From contig NC_043001.1 in the NCBI RefSeq assembly GCF_006345805.1, positions 99,572,001 to 99,636,000 of the forward strand: a DNA stretch of 64,000 nt, written 5' to 3'. Below, in pieces: positions 1 through 13,870 of the stretch. The position numbers and the translations under genes are program-made. The stretch is from Octopus sinensis (Eukaryota). The notes beneath the pieces are model-generated. The model had not been told where the DNA came from. It worked only from the letters and a program-made list of their open reading frames with translations, and did not search any database. Numbering within the stretch: the stretch's first letter is position 1; every line of letters begins with the position of its first letter.

Positions 1-61
1 GATCCATTTGTTGTATCCATGTATCCAGGTAGGATTTACTACCCTTCATTTGGAATTGGTC
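1..61 (-). CDS. Exon DQFQMKGSKSYLDTWIQQMD... (runs off window)
   Basis: Acceptor tttttgtag at 62-63; only phase 0 is open, matching the upstream exon. Confidence 0.55.
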
Positions 62-407
62 CTACAAAAATGCATAGGACCATCAAAGTGAAAAACAAAT
101 TGGATAAAAATACACAGCATATGAGTATCTCTCTCTCTCTCTGTATATATATTGGCTGATAACTAGCAGCAACCAAAAAGTTAAAGGATTTGGAACCCAC
201 TAATTTTAACGACTATAACAGATTCATAACATTATCTATGATTCTAAGTTGATGTGTGTGTGTGTGTACAGAAAGAGAGAGATAGTAGGTATATGTGAAT
301 TTTAATGGGGATCTGCTATGACTAGATTTTAAAATGTTCTCTTAAGCTTCCCAAGTTTACAGATTTTATTTTTTTTAGTCTACCACAGAAAATAAATACT
401 CACATAC

Positions 408-441
408 ACACATCAATGTATAAAAGTGAACATATGGAGGG
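408..441 (-). CDS. 34-nt exon (D)PPYVHFYTLMC
   Basis: Acceptor tagtttcag, donor TGT|GTATGT; phase 2 in and phase 0 out link exon 8160-8344 to exon 1-61. Confidence 0.55.
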
Positions 442-832
442 CTGAAACTAAATGCTGTAATGCATACACTTGATAACAACAGTAACAAGAACAACGACAG
501 TAATCATATCAACAACAAACAAGAACATCAACAGCAACAACAAAGAGAAATTTTCTGGATACAGTCATATCCAGAGATAACAGCAATAGAGTGAGAGGAG
601 GAGAAGAAGAAGAAGAAGGTAAAGAGAAAATGGAAGAGAAGGGAAAGAATCAATAGATATGGGTATATATATAGAAAGACAAGGAGTTATACAATGCATA
701 ATCCCATGGTTCTAGGCATTGTTCTGTAAGTGAAACAAATGATATATTGTTAGTTTTGCTTGTTGCTAAATGTGTAGAAGTTTTAATATGATATCAGCAT
801 TATTGAATAAACCAGCATATATTAATGGCACA

Positions 833-878
<46 letters not shown>

Positions 879-1349
879 TAAAGACACTGTTATGCATTCA
901 CACATACACACAGGCATATAATTATATGTATGTATAAGTAAACACACACACATACACAAAAGAAATAGTCCAGCATAAATATACATATATGAATAAATAA
1001 GAATTGATGATGAGTTATGTTAGGTCTGTTTGCCTGGCTCTCTGTATGATATGCACGAAGAGATAGAGATGCATGTGTATGTGTATATACGTATATATAT
1101 TTAATATTTCTACATTAATTTTGCATGTATGCGTGAGTGAGTATGTGTGTGTATGTGTTATTGTGTGTGTGTGTTTGTTATAATTTAGTGAATGAAACCA
1201 ACATTGGCAACTACTGACAGGTCTTTTGCATGAAAATCATGCTATTCTCTTGGTTACTATGGTATTGCATACTTTTTCTGTCATTCATTGATATTGCTTG
1301 TATATATATATATATGTATGTATGTATGTGTGTGTGTATATATATATAA

Positions 1350-1590
1350 TACAAATAAGAAAATGGAGGAACAAATTCTTTTCAATCTTCAACTTACAGA
1401 TATTACCATTTCATATTATTTATTAACTATATAAATAGGAACATCCAAATCAAACAAAACAATATACCATAAGAATAATACACATAAAATGGTCCATACA
1501 GCTGTTTCAGCCTATAGATAAAAGTATCTCATTCTGCCTATATTAGTCAGATGTATTGAGGTAATATGCAGTTAGAAATGAGTTATATAT
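1350..1590 (-). mobile_element. Penelope-associated repeat fragment
   Basis: Minus-strand GAAACAGCTGTA (minimal hammerhead stem III motif); end resembles the 50.5-50.9 kb element. Confidence 0.35.
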
Positions 1591-1599
1591 ATATCCCAA

Positions 1600-4228
1600 G
1601 TCACACCAAACCTTGTTTTCTGTTTTGGCATGGTTTCTATGGCTGGATGCCATTCCTAGGCCAACCACTATATGTGTACTTTTTACATGCCACCAGCAGC
1701 AGTGAGATTACCAAGTAACTTGCAAGGCAATACCCCTTAACTGAGGGATACTGTGGTATTGGAGGACAGAAAAAGAGGGTCCTTGCATACAAGGAGAAAC
1801 AAGGCTGCTTCAGGTGAGAAAGAAGTGGAGAGTGAGAGATGAAAGAGAGGAGATGGTGAAGATGTGATGAGGATGGGATGAGGTAGTGAGTGGGATCAGG
1901 TGAGTCGGTGAGTTCTCAAGATTGAGAAAAGAAAGAAATAGGTGAAGAGGGAGATGAAGTGTGTGTGGGCACAGGTAGAGAGAAGGGGTACTGGGAAGGT
2001 ATGTTGTGGGGAAGAGAATCGGTGGGGACATATTGCGTGTAGGTAGGTATGTGAGGGAGAGTAGAGTGGAATGCAGCAGGAGGGGAGCTTAGATGGGAGA
2101 GGTTTGTTGGGGGTGGTGGTGATTGTGTGGAGGAAGGAGGGTCATGGACATAAAAGACATACCTTAATAGCCTTAATTTCAGTTAGCTGAACAGGTATTT
2201 TTAATCACAGAAAATCACCAGCTATCTCAGTCCTTTGTCATCTCCTATATGAGGCTCAGTGTCTGAAGATTATTTCTTACCGCTTCATTTTACATCTCCC
2301 TTGGTCACACTCTTCCAGACATTCTTTCCACATTTAGAGATCAGCGCTTCTTTATGCAGCTGTCTTCATCCATATACATTGTATGATTGTACCAGCTTAG
2401 TCTGCTTTCCTGCACACTACAACTAATACCTTTTTATACCCAGTTTTTCTCTTGGGACATTTACACTTAGTCATACATGCACACTAGCATTGCACAATCA
2501 GCAGAGCATGCTTCATTTCTTTGAAGCCTTCTTTCACATGTCCTTTGCCATCACAGCCCATGCTTCACTGCAATGTAGCATAGCTGTCCATTCACAAGCT
2601 TCATGCAATTTGCCTTTCACTCAGAGGAAAAGGCCATTTATTACTAACAAAGGTAATAGCTCTCTGCACTTATTATACTAGCAACTATGCTTTTAGAGCA
2701 ACCACCTCTACTGCTAATTTTGTTACCTAGGAAACGGACACTGTCAACTACCTATAGGATTACTCCTAGATATTTGAGGCAGTCTGTTTCCTGCACACTG
2801 TTAGTGTTCATTGTTTCTGCTCACCTGCCACACTCAAAGACTATTTTCTTTGTTAACCTTCCTGTGATTCTGCTGCACCTCTTGTGTGCACTGGGTACAC
2901 TATATGGAAATGCTGCCTGCACCTCTTCTACATTCAAGCAAGACCATTTCCATGAAGGGATTAGTAATTTGCCTGCTTTCCTGCTTACTCATATTTTGGT
3001 CTTTGCTAAATTAACTCAATTCCAGGCCTTGCTTCCATACCTGAAATTTCTTCTCTAATTCTAGCAGAGATTCAGCTATAAGAGATTCATTCGTGTAGAG
3101 GGCAACCAGTTTTCAATTCGTCCAAGGGCAACTAGTTTTCAATTTGTCTGTTATGACCTGGAGGACTATGATAAACAAGAGGGAGCTGAGAGCTAATTCT
3201 TGGTGAGCCCCCATCAGCACACAAATTCATTGCTATACTCATTGGTGACGTTCACCTTACTGACAGCATCTGAATACAGGACTTGGACACCAACAACTCA
3301 TCTACTCCAAGCTTCCACAGTAACCACCAGATAAGGGAGTGAGAGACCCTGTCAAAGGCTTTCCTTATGTTAACAAAAGCCAAGTACAGTGGTTTACTTT
3401 TGGCTAAATGCTTCTCCTGCTATTGCCTTACTTGAAAGATAACATCAATACTGCTTTCCCTGACACAAAATCAAACTGCATCTGATCTAGGTTTACTCAC
3501 TTCCTAATTAGAAGAGCTATGGTCCTTTCTGCAACTTCTATAACCTGGTCCAGTAATTGGATACCTCTGTAATCATGTTTGTCAAAGGCATCACCTTTAT
3601 CTTTGTAGCAGTTAACCATGTTACTAGCTGTTGGGTATGACCCCTTTCTGACCATATTCCACTCCACCAGATATTTTACTCATCTGAGTGGTAATTCCTG
3701 ATGGGCCAGGGGTTTTCCCTGTCTTCATATTCTTAATTGCTTTATCTACCATGCTGCTATCAACTCGGATAGCTGGTCCCTCTGTTGAGTCCACATTAGG
3801 AGGATTCTCCTTCCACGCATTTTCCACATTTAGCAGCCTTTCATTGGGGCATTTCCATACCTCTTTCTTTGTGGAATCACTAAGTGCATGTGTACCATCA
3901 TCCATCCAAACACACTTCTCTCTTACAATGTCATGATTTTCTCTGACACACTGTCCAGCAGTCTGGAACATCTCATTTTTCTGATCATCAAACCATGGAA
4001 CATTGGCAACCTCTTTCCTTTCTGCTTCTCTTCTAGCTAAATATACATTTCACCTATCTTCCCTTCTAGCTACCTGTTCTCTGTGACCCTAATCTTCCAA
4101 TCCTTCTAGGCTTGTTTCTTTACTCTTAAGGCCTTGTCTCCTTTACTGTTTGTTCCACCACCATATCACCCTAGATTTGGTTGAGACTTTGCACCAGCCA
4201 CAAGTTTGGTCTGTGGCCCTCAGTAAGT
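1600..4228 (-). mobile_element. Decayed RTE-clade LINE (RT region plus 3' UTR)
   Basis: KTPGPSGITTQM and CVRENHDIV motifs homologous to the 8377-11637 copy; many stops. Confidence 0.85.
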
Positions 4229-4314
4229 TGTCATATTTACACACATACATGTACATGCGCGCGTGTGCACACACACACACACACATCTACATACTTGCAT
4301 ACATACCTACATGT

Positions 4315-4940
4315 GTGTATGTCAGAGTGCATTTATGACAGAGTGTAAGTGATTTGAGAGAAAAACTGGGTATACTAGCATCAGATGTCATGTGCAAGAG
4401 AGAAGACTGTGCTGGTATGGCCATGTAATGCATATGAATGAGGACAGTTGCATCAAGAGGTGCTGATCTCTAACCATAGAGGGAACATGTGGAAGGGGTA
4501 GATCCAAGAAGATGTGGGACGAAGTGGTGAGAAAGAATCTACAAACATTGGGACTCACAGAGGAGATGACAGGGGACTGAGACTCCTGGCAGTTTGCAGC
4601 ACTTGAAAAGACATTTCAAGCTAAGTAGAAGCATGGTTGCCCTTGGTTGCCTTGCATACAGAATCATCCCCAGCAACCATCTCCAGCTGAGCATCACTTA
4701 ATCTTCTGAGCTCATTAGCGCTGGTGCCATGTAAAAAGCACCCATACTGGTGCTGTGAAAAGCATGCAGTACACTCTGTAAAGTGATTGGCATTAGGAAG
4801 GACATCCAGCCATAGAAACCAAGCCAAAACAGACACAGAGCCTGAATAGCCTTTCAGCTGGTCAGCTTGTCAAACTGTACAACCCATGCCAGCATGGAAA
4901 ACAAACATTAAATGATGATGATGATGATGATGATGATGAT
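4315..4940 (+). mobile_element. RTE LINE 3' end with (GAT)n tail
   Basis: WYGHV...RGRSKKMWDEVV-type coding end, conserved 3'UTR, (gat)n at 4913-4940. Confidence 0.85.
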
Positions 4941-5054
4941 ACACTATGTGTACATCATGGTAAATCAATGCTTTGAAAATGAAATTTGTAATTGGTGGAC
5001 AAAAACTGTAGGGAAACCTGTCATATAATATTTTTGTGTGTGTGTGTATATATC

Positions 5055-5280
5055 TTTTCTATTTTACTTGTTTCAGTCATTTGACTGTGGCCATGCTGGA
5101 GCCCCACCTTTAGTCGAGCAAATCGATCCCAGGACTTATTCTTTGTAAGCCTAGTACTTATTCGATCGGTCTCTTTTGCTGAATTGCTAAGTTACGGGGA
5201 TGTAAACACACCAGCATCAGCTGTCAAGCGATGTTGGGGGGGACAAATACAGATACACAAACATACACACACACACACGT
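5055..5280 (-). mobile_element. Octopus-type SINE, 3' portion
   Basis: cagtcatttgactgtggccatgctggagc...gtaaacacaccagcatc module repeated across the window. Confidence 0.8.
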
Positions 5281-5820
5281 CAACCACTCTGAGAGTGTAG
5301 TGGGTGCTTTTTATGTGCCACCAGCACAGGGGCCAGTCAGGCCATACTGGCAACGACCTCGCTCAAATCTTTTCACATGTGCCACCAGCACAGGTGCCAG
5401 TAAGGCGATGTTGGTAATGATCACGCTCAAATGTGGAACTGGCACGGAAGCCAGTTGGCTGCTCTGGCGACGATCTCGCTCGGATGGTGCTCATGGCACC
5501 CTACTAGCATGGACACAAGTGCCAGTAAGGCGACGCTGGTAATGATCACACTCGAATGGTGCCTTTTATGTGCCACTGGCACAGAAGCCGGTTAGCCGCT
5601 CTGTCAACGATCACGCTCATATGGTGCTCTTCGCACCCTGCTAGTACGGATGCCAGTCATCGAATGTGATTTTGATTTTGATTTTGATTTCACTTGCCTC
5701 AACAGGTCTTCGCAAGCAGAGTTTAGTGTCCAAGGAAGGAAAAGGTATGCATAAGCGGGCTGGTTACACTCCTGGAATGGGCCACAGGCTATGGTCTCAT
5801 TTGGCTTGACCAGTTTTGAA
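5281..5820 (-). mobile_element. RTE LINE 3' UTR fragment
   Basis: Tandem ggtgcttttatgtgccac modules homologous to 8490-8900. Confidence 0.8.
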
Positions 5821-7033
5821 CCATATTCAATAAACAACAAAACCCATATCTAATAAACAATAAAAGAATTAGATATTCCTTTTTGTTGTTGTCATCATTG
5901 TTGCCATCACCATCACCATCATTATTGTCTTTGCAGTTGCCATTGCTAACAATGCTGCTGCCCTCATGGCCATTATTTACACCCCCATCCCACAGATCAA
6001 TCCTACAAACAGGCCTACAATAAAAAGCATTCTGGCTGTGATGACCCTAATATTTTAGGGGTGTGTCAAAAAGTACACAATCCATATATTTCTATTAAAT
6101 TATTTCTATTAAATTAGACTTTTATTATCAAATTTCAGAATGCTTGTTCTAAGAAAATTCTGTTTCATACATGTTACTATTAAGAGGATAGCAAAGAAAA
6201 ATTGAAAGTTATGGTTTAAATTTGATTATTGAAATCAAAGCTAAAATATCAATTTTAGGTGTTTGCTACAAAAACTTTTACATAGTTATTACTGTGATTT
6301 ATCTTGGAATCGCTACAGATCAATTAAAGTCCTGCTCTTCCTATAAAACTTAGAAATTCCTGTCATGTTTCAAATTCACTTTGTTAAAACTGAGTTTTAA
6401 ATTTCTTGCTTGACTAACATTCACTGTACCATGCTACCTATGTAAGTAAGAATAATATTGGATCTGTCTGACTCTTTCCAATTTCTGATACTCTCTCTCT
6501 ACTCAAGCTTTCACCATACTGCCTATGTTATGAAGATTACACTGGATGTACCCATTTTCAATCCTCTCTACTACCATCCCTGTCACTCTGTCTTTGAAAC
6601 TCATCACAAGGTATATGTTTGAGGGATTGCATTGAATCTATTTTTGTTTGTTATATCCTATTATCGCTCTTTCTGTGCTACCTATCAATACCCTGGGCCA
6701 CCTTTTATTGACATTACCTATTACTGTTTCCTTCCCTCTCTCCCCCTCCCTTCTCTCTCTCTTTCTTGCCCCTGTTACTCCCTAAACCCCTCGCTCCCAC
6801 CCCTTGCCCTTGCCCCTCACCCCTCATTCTTTTCTCCCTTTTCTCTCCTCAGCAAACTTGTAACTGCATCACTGGTGCTCTTCTATTACTCTCCTTCTAC
6901 TACTCTCATACCAATCATTCTGTTTCTTCCATCATACTCTTACTCCATTCATCTTTAATTTTCATTTGTTGTTGCTGTCTCTTCCATTCACCTTTTTGCA
7001 TCACTCTCACAAGTACTGGTGCTACAATAAAAA

Positions 7034-7570
7034 TACTGTAATATCTCATTTTATGAGGACTCACTTTATGAGACCCCAAGTTTATGAGTTTTATTTTTCG
7101 AGCACAAGGTCCAAATTTTGAACAAAGTACAAAAGTTCCTACTACCTTAACAAATGCTTCTACGTGTTACTGAGAGATTTACAGAAGTGAAAAAATATTC
7201 CTTCTAAGCAAACAACTTTAGATCTGTTTTTTAAAAAGAAATCTACAAGTCCGTCTACCACTGCTTGTGAATCAGTGATCACATCTACAAGTGAGTCTAA
7301 TGTGAGTGAAGGTGATTCAGAAAACGATTATAATAATAATTTGTTTTTATTTTAAATGATCTTTACATAAAATATTCATTACATTCTACTGTTGTTTTAT
7401 TGCCATTTATCTATGTGTATTATAAATTTTATAGGTGAAATATTTTTCTGGGAACAAATTATGATTTAATAACATTACTACTATGGGAAATTATTGCTCT
7501 GCTTCACAAGCTTTTACTTTGCAAGCAGTCTCTGGGAACAAATTAACTCATATATCAAGGCATTACTGTA
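7034..7570. mobile_element. Tigger/pogo-like MITE
   Basis: Imperfect TIRs tactgtaatatctcattttatgag / ctcatatatcaaggcattactgta with TA ends. Confidence 0.6.
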
Positions 7571-8159
7571 TGCTTAATACATTCTGTAAAGTACTTGGCA
7601 AATGAATGGGGTTGAAAGAAGCATTTAGTGTTGCCGAAGAAATGATGATTTGTCTTGTGTTGGTATCACAATAAAATTCCCCCCAAATATTCTGTAAAAA
7701 GGTTGGTGTTTAGAAGGGCATCCAGTCATAGAAACCATGCCCAAAATAGAATGTGTGAGTAAGATGTGGCCCTCTGACATGTCTCAGAAGTCAGCAACTC
7801 TAAATAAGAACTGACTCATCCAATGCACAACCATGATAAGTGGATGGAAAATGGTGACGATGATGATGATGATGATGATGACGACGACGACGATGGTGAA
7901 TGATACTGAAGCAATAGTTTGAACATTGTCAAACAAAAATAGGCTATCACCCACCCACACACAACATGTGTGTGTGAGAGAGAGAGAGAGAGAGGGGGGA
8001 AGAGGGAGAAAGAGAGAGTGAGAAAGAAATTGAGGGGGAGAGAGAGAGAGAGAGAGCGCAACCATCCAGCATAACTGAAATAAAAATAAAATTTGAGATT
8101 TGTTAGTTTTCAGTAAGAGGAAGAAATATTTGACACTTTGGTCAGAGACCAGCACTTAC

Positions 8160-8344
8160 TCTGAAAATATTTGAATGGAATACCATTCTCTTGTTATATT
8201 TGTAATTTTGCTATTTTGTCTCATGTCTATTTTAAACAACTGAGAGCTGAGGATAGCTATGTTAACTGCAAGCCAGAGTCCATAGTCCATATTGTAAGAA
8301 AGGCAGCATGTTTTATTATCTTTGACCTTTTTTTTTTGAAAATT
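8160..8344 (-). CDS. 185-nt exon NFQKKKVKDNKTCCLSYNMDYGLWLAVNIAILSSQLFKIDMRQNSKITNITREWYSIQIFS
   Basis: Acceptor tattatag, donor AGA|GTAAGT, 61 open codons, NKT and NIT sequons; needs +1 A in the A10 run to join the upstream phase-2 exon. Confidence 0.65.
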
Positions 8345-8376
8345 CTATAATATTGAACACTATGTTGATTATCTAA

Positions 8377-11300
8377 CATCATCATCATCATTGTTTAACG
8401 TCTGCTTTCCATGCTAGCATGGGTTGGACGAATGACTGAGGGCTGGCATACCAGATGGCTGCACCGGGCTTCAGTCTTGATCTGGCAGAGTTTCTCGAAT
8501 GGTGTCTTTTACATGCCACAGGCACGGAGGCCAGATAGCCGCTCCGGCAACGATCACGATCTGATGGTGCTCTTAATACCCTACTAGCACGGCGCTCGAG
8601 TGCCAGTAAGGCAACGCTGGTAACGACCAGGCCTGATTGGTGCCTTTTAAGTGCCACTGGCATGGAAGCCAGTTAGCCACTCTGTCAATAATCACACTCG
8701 TATGGTGCTCTTTGCACCCCGCTAGCACGGACGCCAGTCATCGAATTTGATTTTGATTTTGATTTTTGATTTCACTTGCCTCAACAGGTCTTCGCAAGCA
8801 GAGTTTTGATGTCCAAAGAAGGAAAAGGTATGCATAAGTGGGCTGGTAACGCCCCCAGCATAGGTCACAAGATTATGGTATCATTTGGCTTGTCAGGTCT
8901 TCTCACGCATGGCATATTTCCAAAGGTCTCAGTCACTAGTCATTTCCTTGGTGAGGCCCAAAGTTTGAAGGTCGTGCTTCACCACTTCAACTCAGGTCTT
9001 CCTGGGTCTACCTCTTCCACAGGTTCCCTTAACTGCTAGGGTGTGACACTTTTTCACACAGCTGTCCTCATCCATTCTCGCCACATGACCATACCAGCGC
9101 AGTTGTCTCTCTTGCACACCACATCTGATGCTTCTTAGGTCCAACATTTCTCTCAAGGTACTTACGCTCTGTCAAGTATGCGCACTGACATTACACATCC
9201 ATCGGATCATACTGGCTTCATTCATTGCGAGCTTACGCATGTCCTCAGCAGTCACAGCCCATGTTTCACTGCCATGTAGCATGGCTGTTTGTACACATGT
9301 GTCATACAGTCTACCTTTCACTTTGAGCAAGAGGCCCTTTGTCACCAGCAGAGGTAAGAGCTTTCTGAACTTTGCCCAAGCTATTCTTATTCTAGCAGCT
9401 ACACTTTCAGCGTACCCTCCCCCGCTACTGACTTGGTTACCTAGGTAATGGAAGCTATCAACTACTTCTAGTTTTCCTCCCTGGAATGTGGCGGAAGTTG
9501 TTCTCTGCACATTGCCAGTGCTTATTGCTCCCAAGCATCTGCCACATACAAAAAACTATCTTCCCCATTAGCCTGCCTTTGATATTACTGCACCTCTTAT
9601 GTTTCCATACCTTACACTGGGTACATCTTATAGAGTTTCTACCTACACCTCTACTACAGATCGAACAGGGCCATCTACCTGAAGGGATTTGTGGTTTGCC
9701 TGCCTTCCTACTGACTAGGACTTTGGTTTTAGCTAGGTTGACTCTAAGGCCCTTCGATTCTAATCCTTGTTTCCACACCTGAAACGTCGCCTCTGGTTCT
9801 GATAGTGACTCAGCAATTAGAGCAAGGTCATCAGCATATAGAGGAGCTCCCAGGGGCATCCTGTCTTGAATTCCTCCATTACTGCCTGGAGGACTATGAT
9901 AAATAGGAGGGGGCTGAGGAATGAACCTTGGTGGACCCCTACCACTACCCTGAATTCTTCACTGTACTCGTTGCCAACCCTCACCTTACTAACAGCGTCC
10001 TTGTACATGGCTTGCACAGCTCTCACTAACCATTCATCTATCCCTAGTTTCCTCATTGACCACCAGATAAGGGATCGGGGGACCCTGTCAAAGGCTTTCT
10101 CCATGTCAACAAAAGCCAGGTACAGGGGCTTATCTTTGGCTAGGTATTTCTCCTGCAGCTGGCTTACCAGAAATATGGTATCAGTGGTGCTTTTCCCTGA
10201 CACAAAACCAAACTACATCTCATCCAAGCTGACTCTCTCCCTAACTAGTTGGGCTATCACCCTCTCCGTAACCTTCATTACCTGACCCAACAGCTTGATA
10301 CCTCTGTAATTATTTGTATCTAAAGCATCACCTTTACCTTTGTAGCAGTTGACTATTATGCTGCTACACCAGTCATTGGGTATGACTCCATGTATTACCT
10401 GGTTAACTATACGGGTGACTTGGCTATAGCCGACACTGCCAGATATTTTGAGCATCTCTGCAGTAATTCCTGATGGGCCTGGGGCTTTCCCTGTCTTCAT
10501 ACTTCTAATTGCCTTATCTACCAAGGTACTGTCAACTCGGATAGCTGGTCCCTCTGTTGGGTCGACATTCAGCAGACTCTCTTTCTCCCATTCATTTTCT
10601 TTATTCAGCAACCTTTCATAGTGGCTTCTCCAAACCTCTCTCTTTGCATCCTCATTTAGCGCAAGTGAACCATCATCCATGCGAACAAATTTCTCTCCTA
10701 CCACATCACGATTCTCTCTCACACACTGTCTTGCAACACGAAATACCTCAAGTCTTTCATCCTCATGGTGCAGAACATTGGCAAATTTTTTCTTATCTAC
10801 TTCCCCTCTGGCTAAATAAACCTGCCTCCTAGCTTCCCTTCTGGCAGTCTGATATACTTCCCTGCTACCACTGTTCTACCAGTCCTTCCAAGCCTGTTTC
10901 TTTTGTCTAATAGCCCTGTCAACAACATTGTTCCTCCACCACGTTATTTTGGGTCGAGAGGGGACTTTGCTCCATCCACAGATCTGGTCAGTGGCTGTCA
11001 GCAGGTTGTCCCGTAGGAACCTCCAGTTGTCTTCTGTACCATGTGAAGCTATATCCCCTTCTATTTCGTCAAAGGCTTTGAGTAATATGTCTCTAAATCT
11101 CTGTCCATATGCGGGATCTTTAAGTCTCCAGACTCTTCTTCTCCTTGCTGGTCGTCTTCTGGGCATCCATTTAGCCCTTACCCAGAAGTCTATATTGTGG
11201 GGTACCAGTCTATATTGAGGGGTACATTCTTCGCCTGGGAAGGTTTTGGCATTTATAAGCAGCCATCTTTTCCTTTTTCTGGTGAGGATGTAGTCAATCT

Positions 11301-11637
11301 GACTAGTGTGTCTGCCCGAGTGGCAGGTTTTCTGAAGTTAGTATTGCAAACCATAAGATCATTTGCGTCACAGAACTCCAGCAGCCTGGTTCCCTCTTCA
11401 TTGCAAGAGCCCAAACCGTAACCTCCATGTATGCCATGGAAGCCCCCGACATGTTGTCCAGCATGTCCATTGAAGTCACCAGCCACAAAGAGAAGGTCCC
11501 TGTCATTTGTCAACACGGTAGTCTGCAAGAAGGTGTCATAGAATCGGTCTTTCTGTCCATTGGGTAGCCCTGGCTGAGGGGCATAGGCCGAGATAATGGT
11601 TGCTAACCCATGGTGGAGCATTAAGTATTCTGTCGCA
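8377..11637 (-). mobile_element. Near full-length RTE-clade LINE (APE endonuclease, RT, PHD-like finger), frameshifted
   Basis: IISAYAPQ and AGDFNGH (endonuclease), NYRGIKLL, FVDMEKAFDRV, GVHQGS.LSP, LYADD (RT), Cys/His finger, (CAT)n tail at 8377-8391. Confidence 0.95.
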
Positions 11638-11639
11638 TA

Positions 11640-12235
11640 AAATGTTTTATTGGAGATTAATGTACAGGTTTAAGTCCCGCTTATAAAAAACCCTAGTAAA
11701 GACCCACAGTAGCTCAAACATTTAATACTGGTATTTAATTAAGTATCTATTGTTTGCCATGGTGATGATGCAAACTGCCAATACAAACGGCAGGATGAAC
11801 TACTTAGCGCTAGATTATTAAGCACAATTCATGCGTAATTAAGCCAGCAGTACTTAATCGAACAAATATTTCCGCACATGTGTAATACAATAATGCTGAT
11901 GTTCTTAACTGTTATATGGGAATGTAAATATATTTGCAAATTGTTTTTGTTACATGTTGTTCTGTGTTCTGAATACTTTTATTTTAATAAATGTTGCTTC
12001 CTGCAAGTTATGGATGATTCTTTTATGACTTCATTGCTTTCCGGCTTAGCTTAAGGTATTTTCATACCCAACATCACAAAATGCATCTGAATAAACATTG
12101 CCGGACAGCAAATAGAGACTCGGACATTGCTTAGAAAATATTTTTCATTTTTAACCTCATATATAGTACGCACTAGGGATTTTGACCTTTAAATTTTTGG
12201 AAAAAAATGCGGATTAAAGTCGAGGATTTACGGTA
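11640..12235. mobile_element. pogo-like DNA transposon end
   Basis: Terminates in tgcggattaaagtcgaggatttacggta (TA-CCGTA type TIR); partner TIR not seen. Confidence 0.45.
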
Positions 12236-12249
12236 CAGTTCTAAAAATG

Positions 12250-12415
12250 CAATACCAACACACAGCAAATAGACTACAGTGATGGAGCACCACATTATTG
12301 AATTATGACTACAAAATGGAATATTTACCATCAAAAAACTAGGGCATGCAGATGGTTTGTTCAGACTAATACTGAAACACTGCAAGCCATTTGAAGATAT
12401 GGTAATCACAGCTTA
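12250..12415 (+). mobile_element. Gypsy (K02A2.6-like) pol RNase H fragment
   Basis: TANRLQ*WSTTLLNYDYKMEYLPSK/LGHADGLFRLI. Confidence 0.75.
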
Positions 12416-12849
12416 TGATGAGTGGTATGTGCTAGTTGTTATAAATAAGGCAGCATTGGTCATTATAAACAGGGAGTACATATTAGACAGTCGTAGATGG
12501 TCATGGCATTACTGGTCTAACAAATATACCACTATACCAGAGTGGGCATTATAACAATCCAACATTAAGGATTACAACAAAAACAAGGTCTGTTTTCTCA
12601 GTATTGGATACAATACATTGCATGATATTGCAATATATAGATTTCTGGAAATTCTGGATATCTGGAAGCCAGATGAGAGGTCTGGTACTGTATATTTTAT
12701 TGTTGTTGTTGTTCCTTTTGTATGGACATCCTCTGTAATATCCTGTTCCAAAGTATGAACCAAGCCTGAAGCACTATTTTGATTGACAATCATTTCCATA
12801 GTAGTGCAATCTTCTAGACAACATACATGTTGATGTTGTCATGCAAATG

Positions 12850-13022
12850 GTTGGTGAACTTTTCTATTCCTTCTTCAAGAGTCTTAGTACACCAATGATT
12901 ATAGTATTATTTTGGTTTCATATTCTACTTTCTCCTGATATTGATTTCCAGATCTGTGTACTTGGTTAATTTCTCATTGACTCTCATGAAGTCATTTCTT
13001 TCAGAAGGTACTGCAATGTCAA
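12850..13022 (-). mobile_element. Restriction-like endonuclease fragment of an R4/NeSL-type non-LTR element
   Basis: DIAVPSERN...EKLTKYTDLEINI...IIGVL. Confidence 0.65.
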
Positions 13023-13430
13023 AATGCAGACACCTCCCATCCCTAGGTAAGGTTGAATTTCTTCAGGACAAGTAGCCCATCCCACTCAAAGGGTCTTTGA
13101 ATAAGGGTCATTTAAGGATGATGAATGAAACACCCATATTTCTAGAGGTGAATTATTCAAACCTCAAGAGTTCCTCTCTGCACATGACTATGAAGTTCCT
13201 TCACTACTCCTGCTCATGATCAGGGATACACATATCAGCCACTAAGGGACATACTCAACCAGTTAAGGTCAGTCAACTGAGAAGCAAATCTGTGGTATCA
13301 AGCAGAATATTTGCTGAAATCCATCTTTTACACCAAGTGTTAACATGTGCTGCTGTTGTTGTTGTGTCTTAATGATTAAAAGCAATGAAAATTAACTGAA
13401 GAAGGGATGTTCACTTTGACATTGAAATTT

Positions 13431-13486
13431 CAGCAAGGAAGATTGCTTGATGAGCCTTCAGCAAGGAAGATTGCTTGATGAGCCTT
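13431..13486 (+). repeat. Perfect 28-bp tandem duplication
   Basis: cagcaaggaagattgcttgatgagcctt x2. Confidence 0.9.
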
Positions 13487-13575
13487 CCTTGGAAAAACTT
13501 CAATGCTCGAAACATTAAAATTTTTTTTAAAGAATGAATCAATGTATCAATATCAGTATCAAAGAAGATATATAT

Positions 13576-13639
<64 letters not shown>

Positions 13640-13645
<6 letters not shown>

Positions 13646-13870
13646 AAATCTGTTCTGTCTCTGTGTGTGTGTCTTCTAGGATCTCAGGCATCCTCCATCC
13701 AATTGTGCTCAAATTTGATATGTAGATACCAACAGAATCAAGGTGTGTATAAGTCTTGAAAAAATTACAAAAATCGATTCCAGGTGAGAATGCGATTGAT
13801 AAAGCTGTAGGAACATGCAAGTACATCAGCTGTTGTGATCGATAATACATATATGTGAGAAAGTGCATGT
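13640..13870 (+). mobile_element. Helitron-like non-autonomous 5' end
   Basis: atataaaatctgttctgtc-(tg)n...aaatttgatatgtagata architecture. Confidence 0.4.

Noticed and set aside
8160-8160. 1-nt microexon or recursive splice site ttttcag-A-gtaagt
   Set aside because: Better explained as the 3' end of the open 185-nt exon
408-8344. Initial resemblance of these exons to CATSPERG or CATSPERB
   Set aside because: Local only; the epsilon-like match extends collinearly over all seven exons
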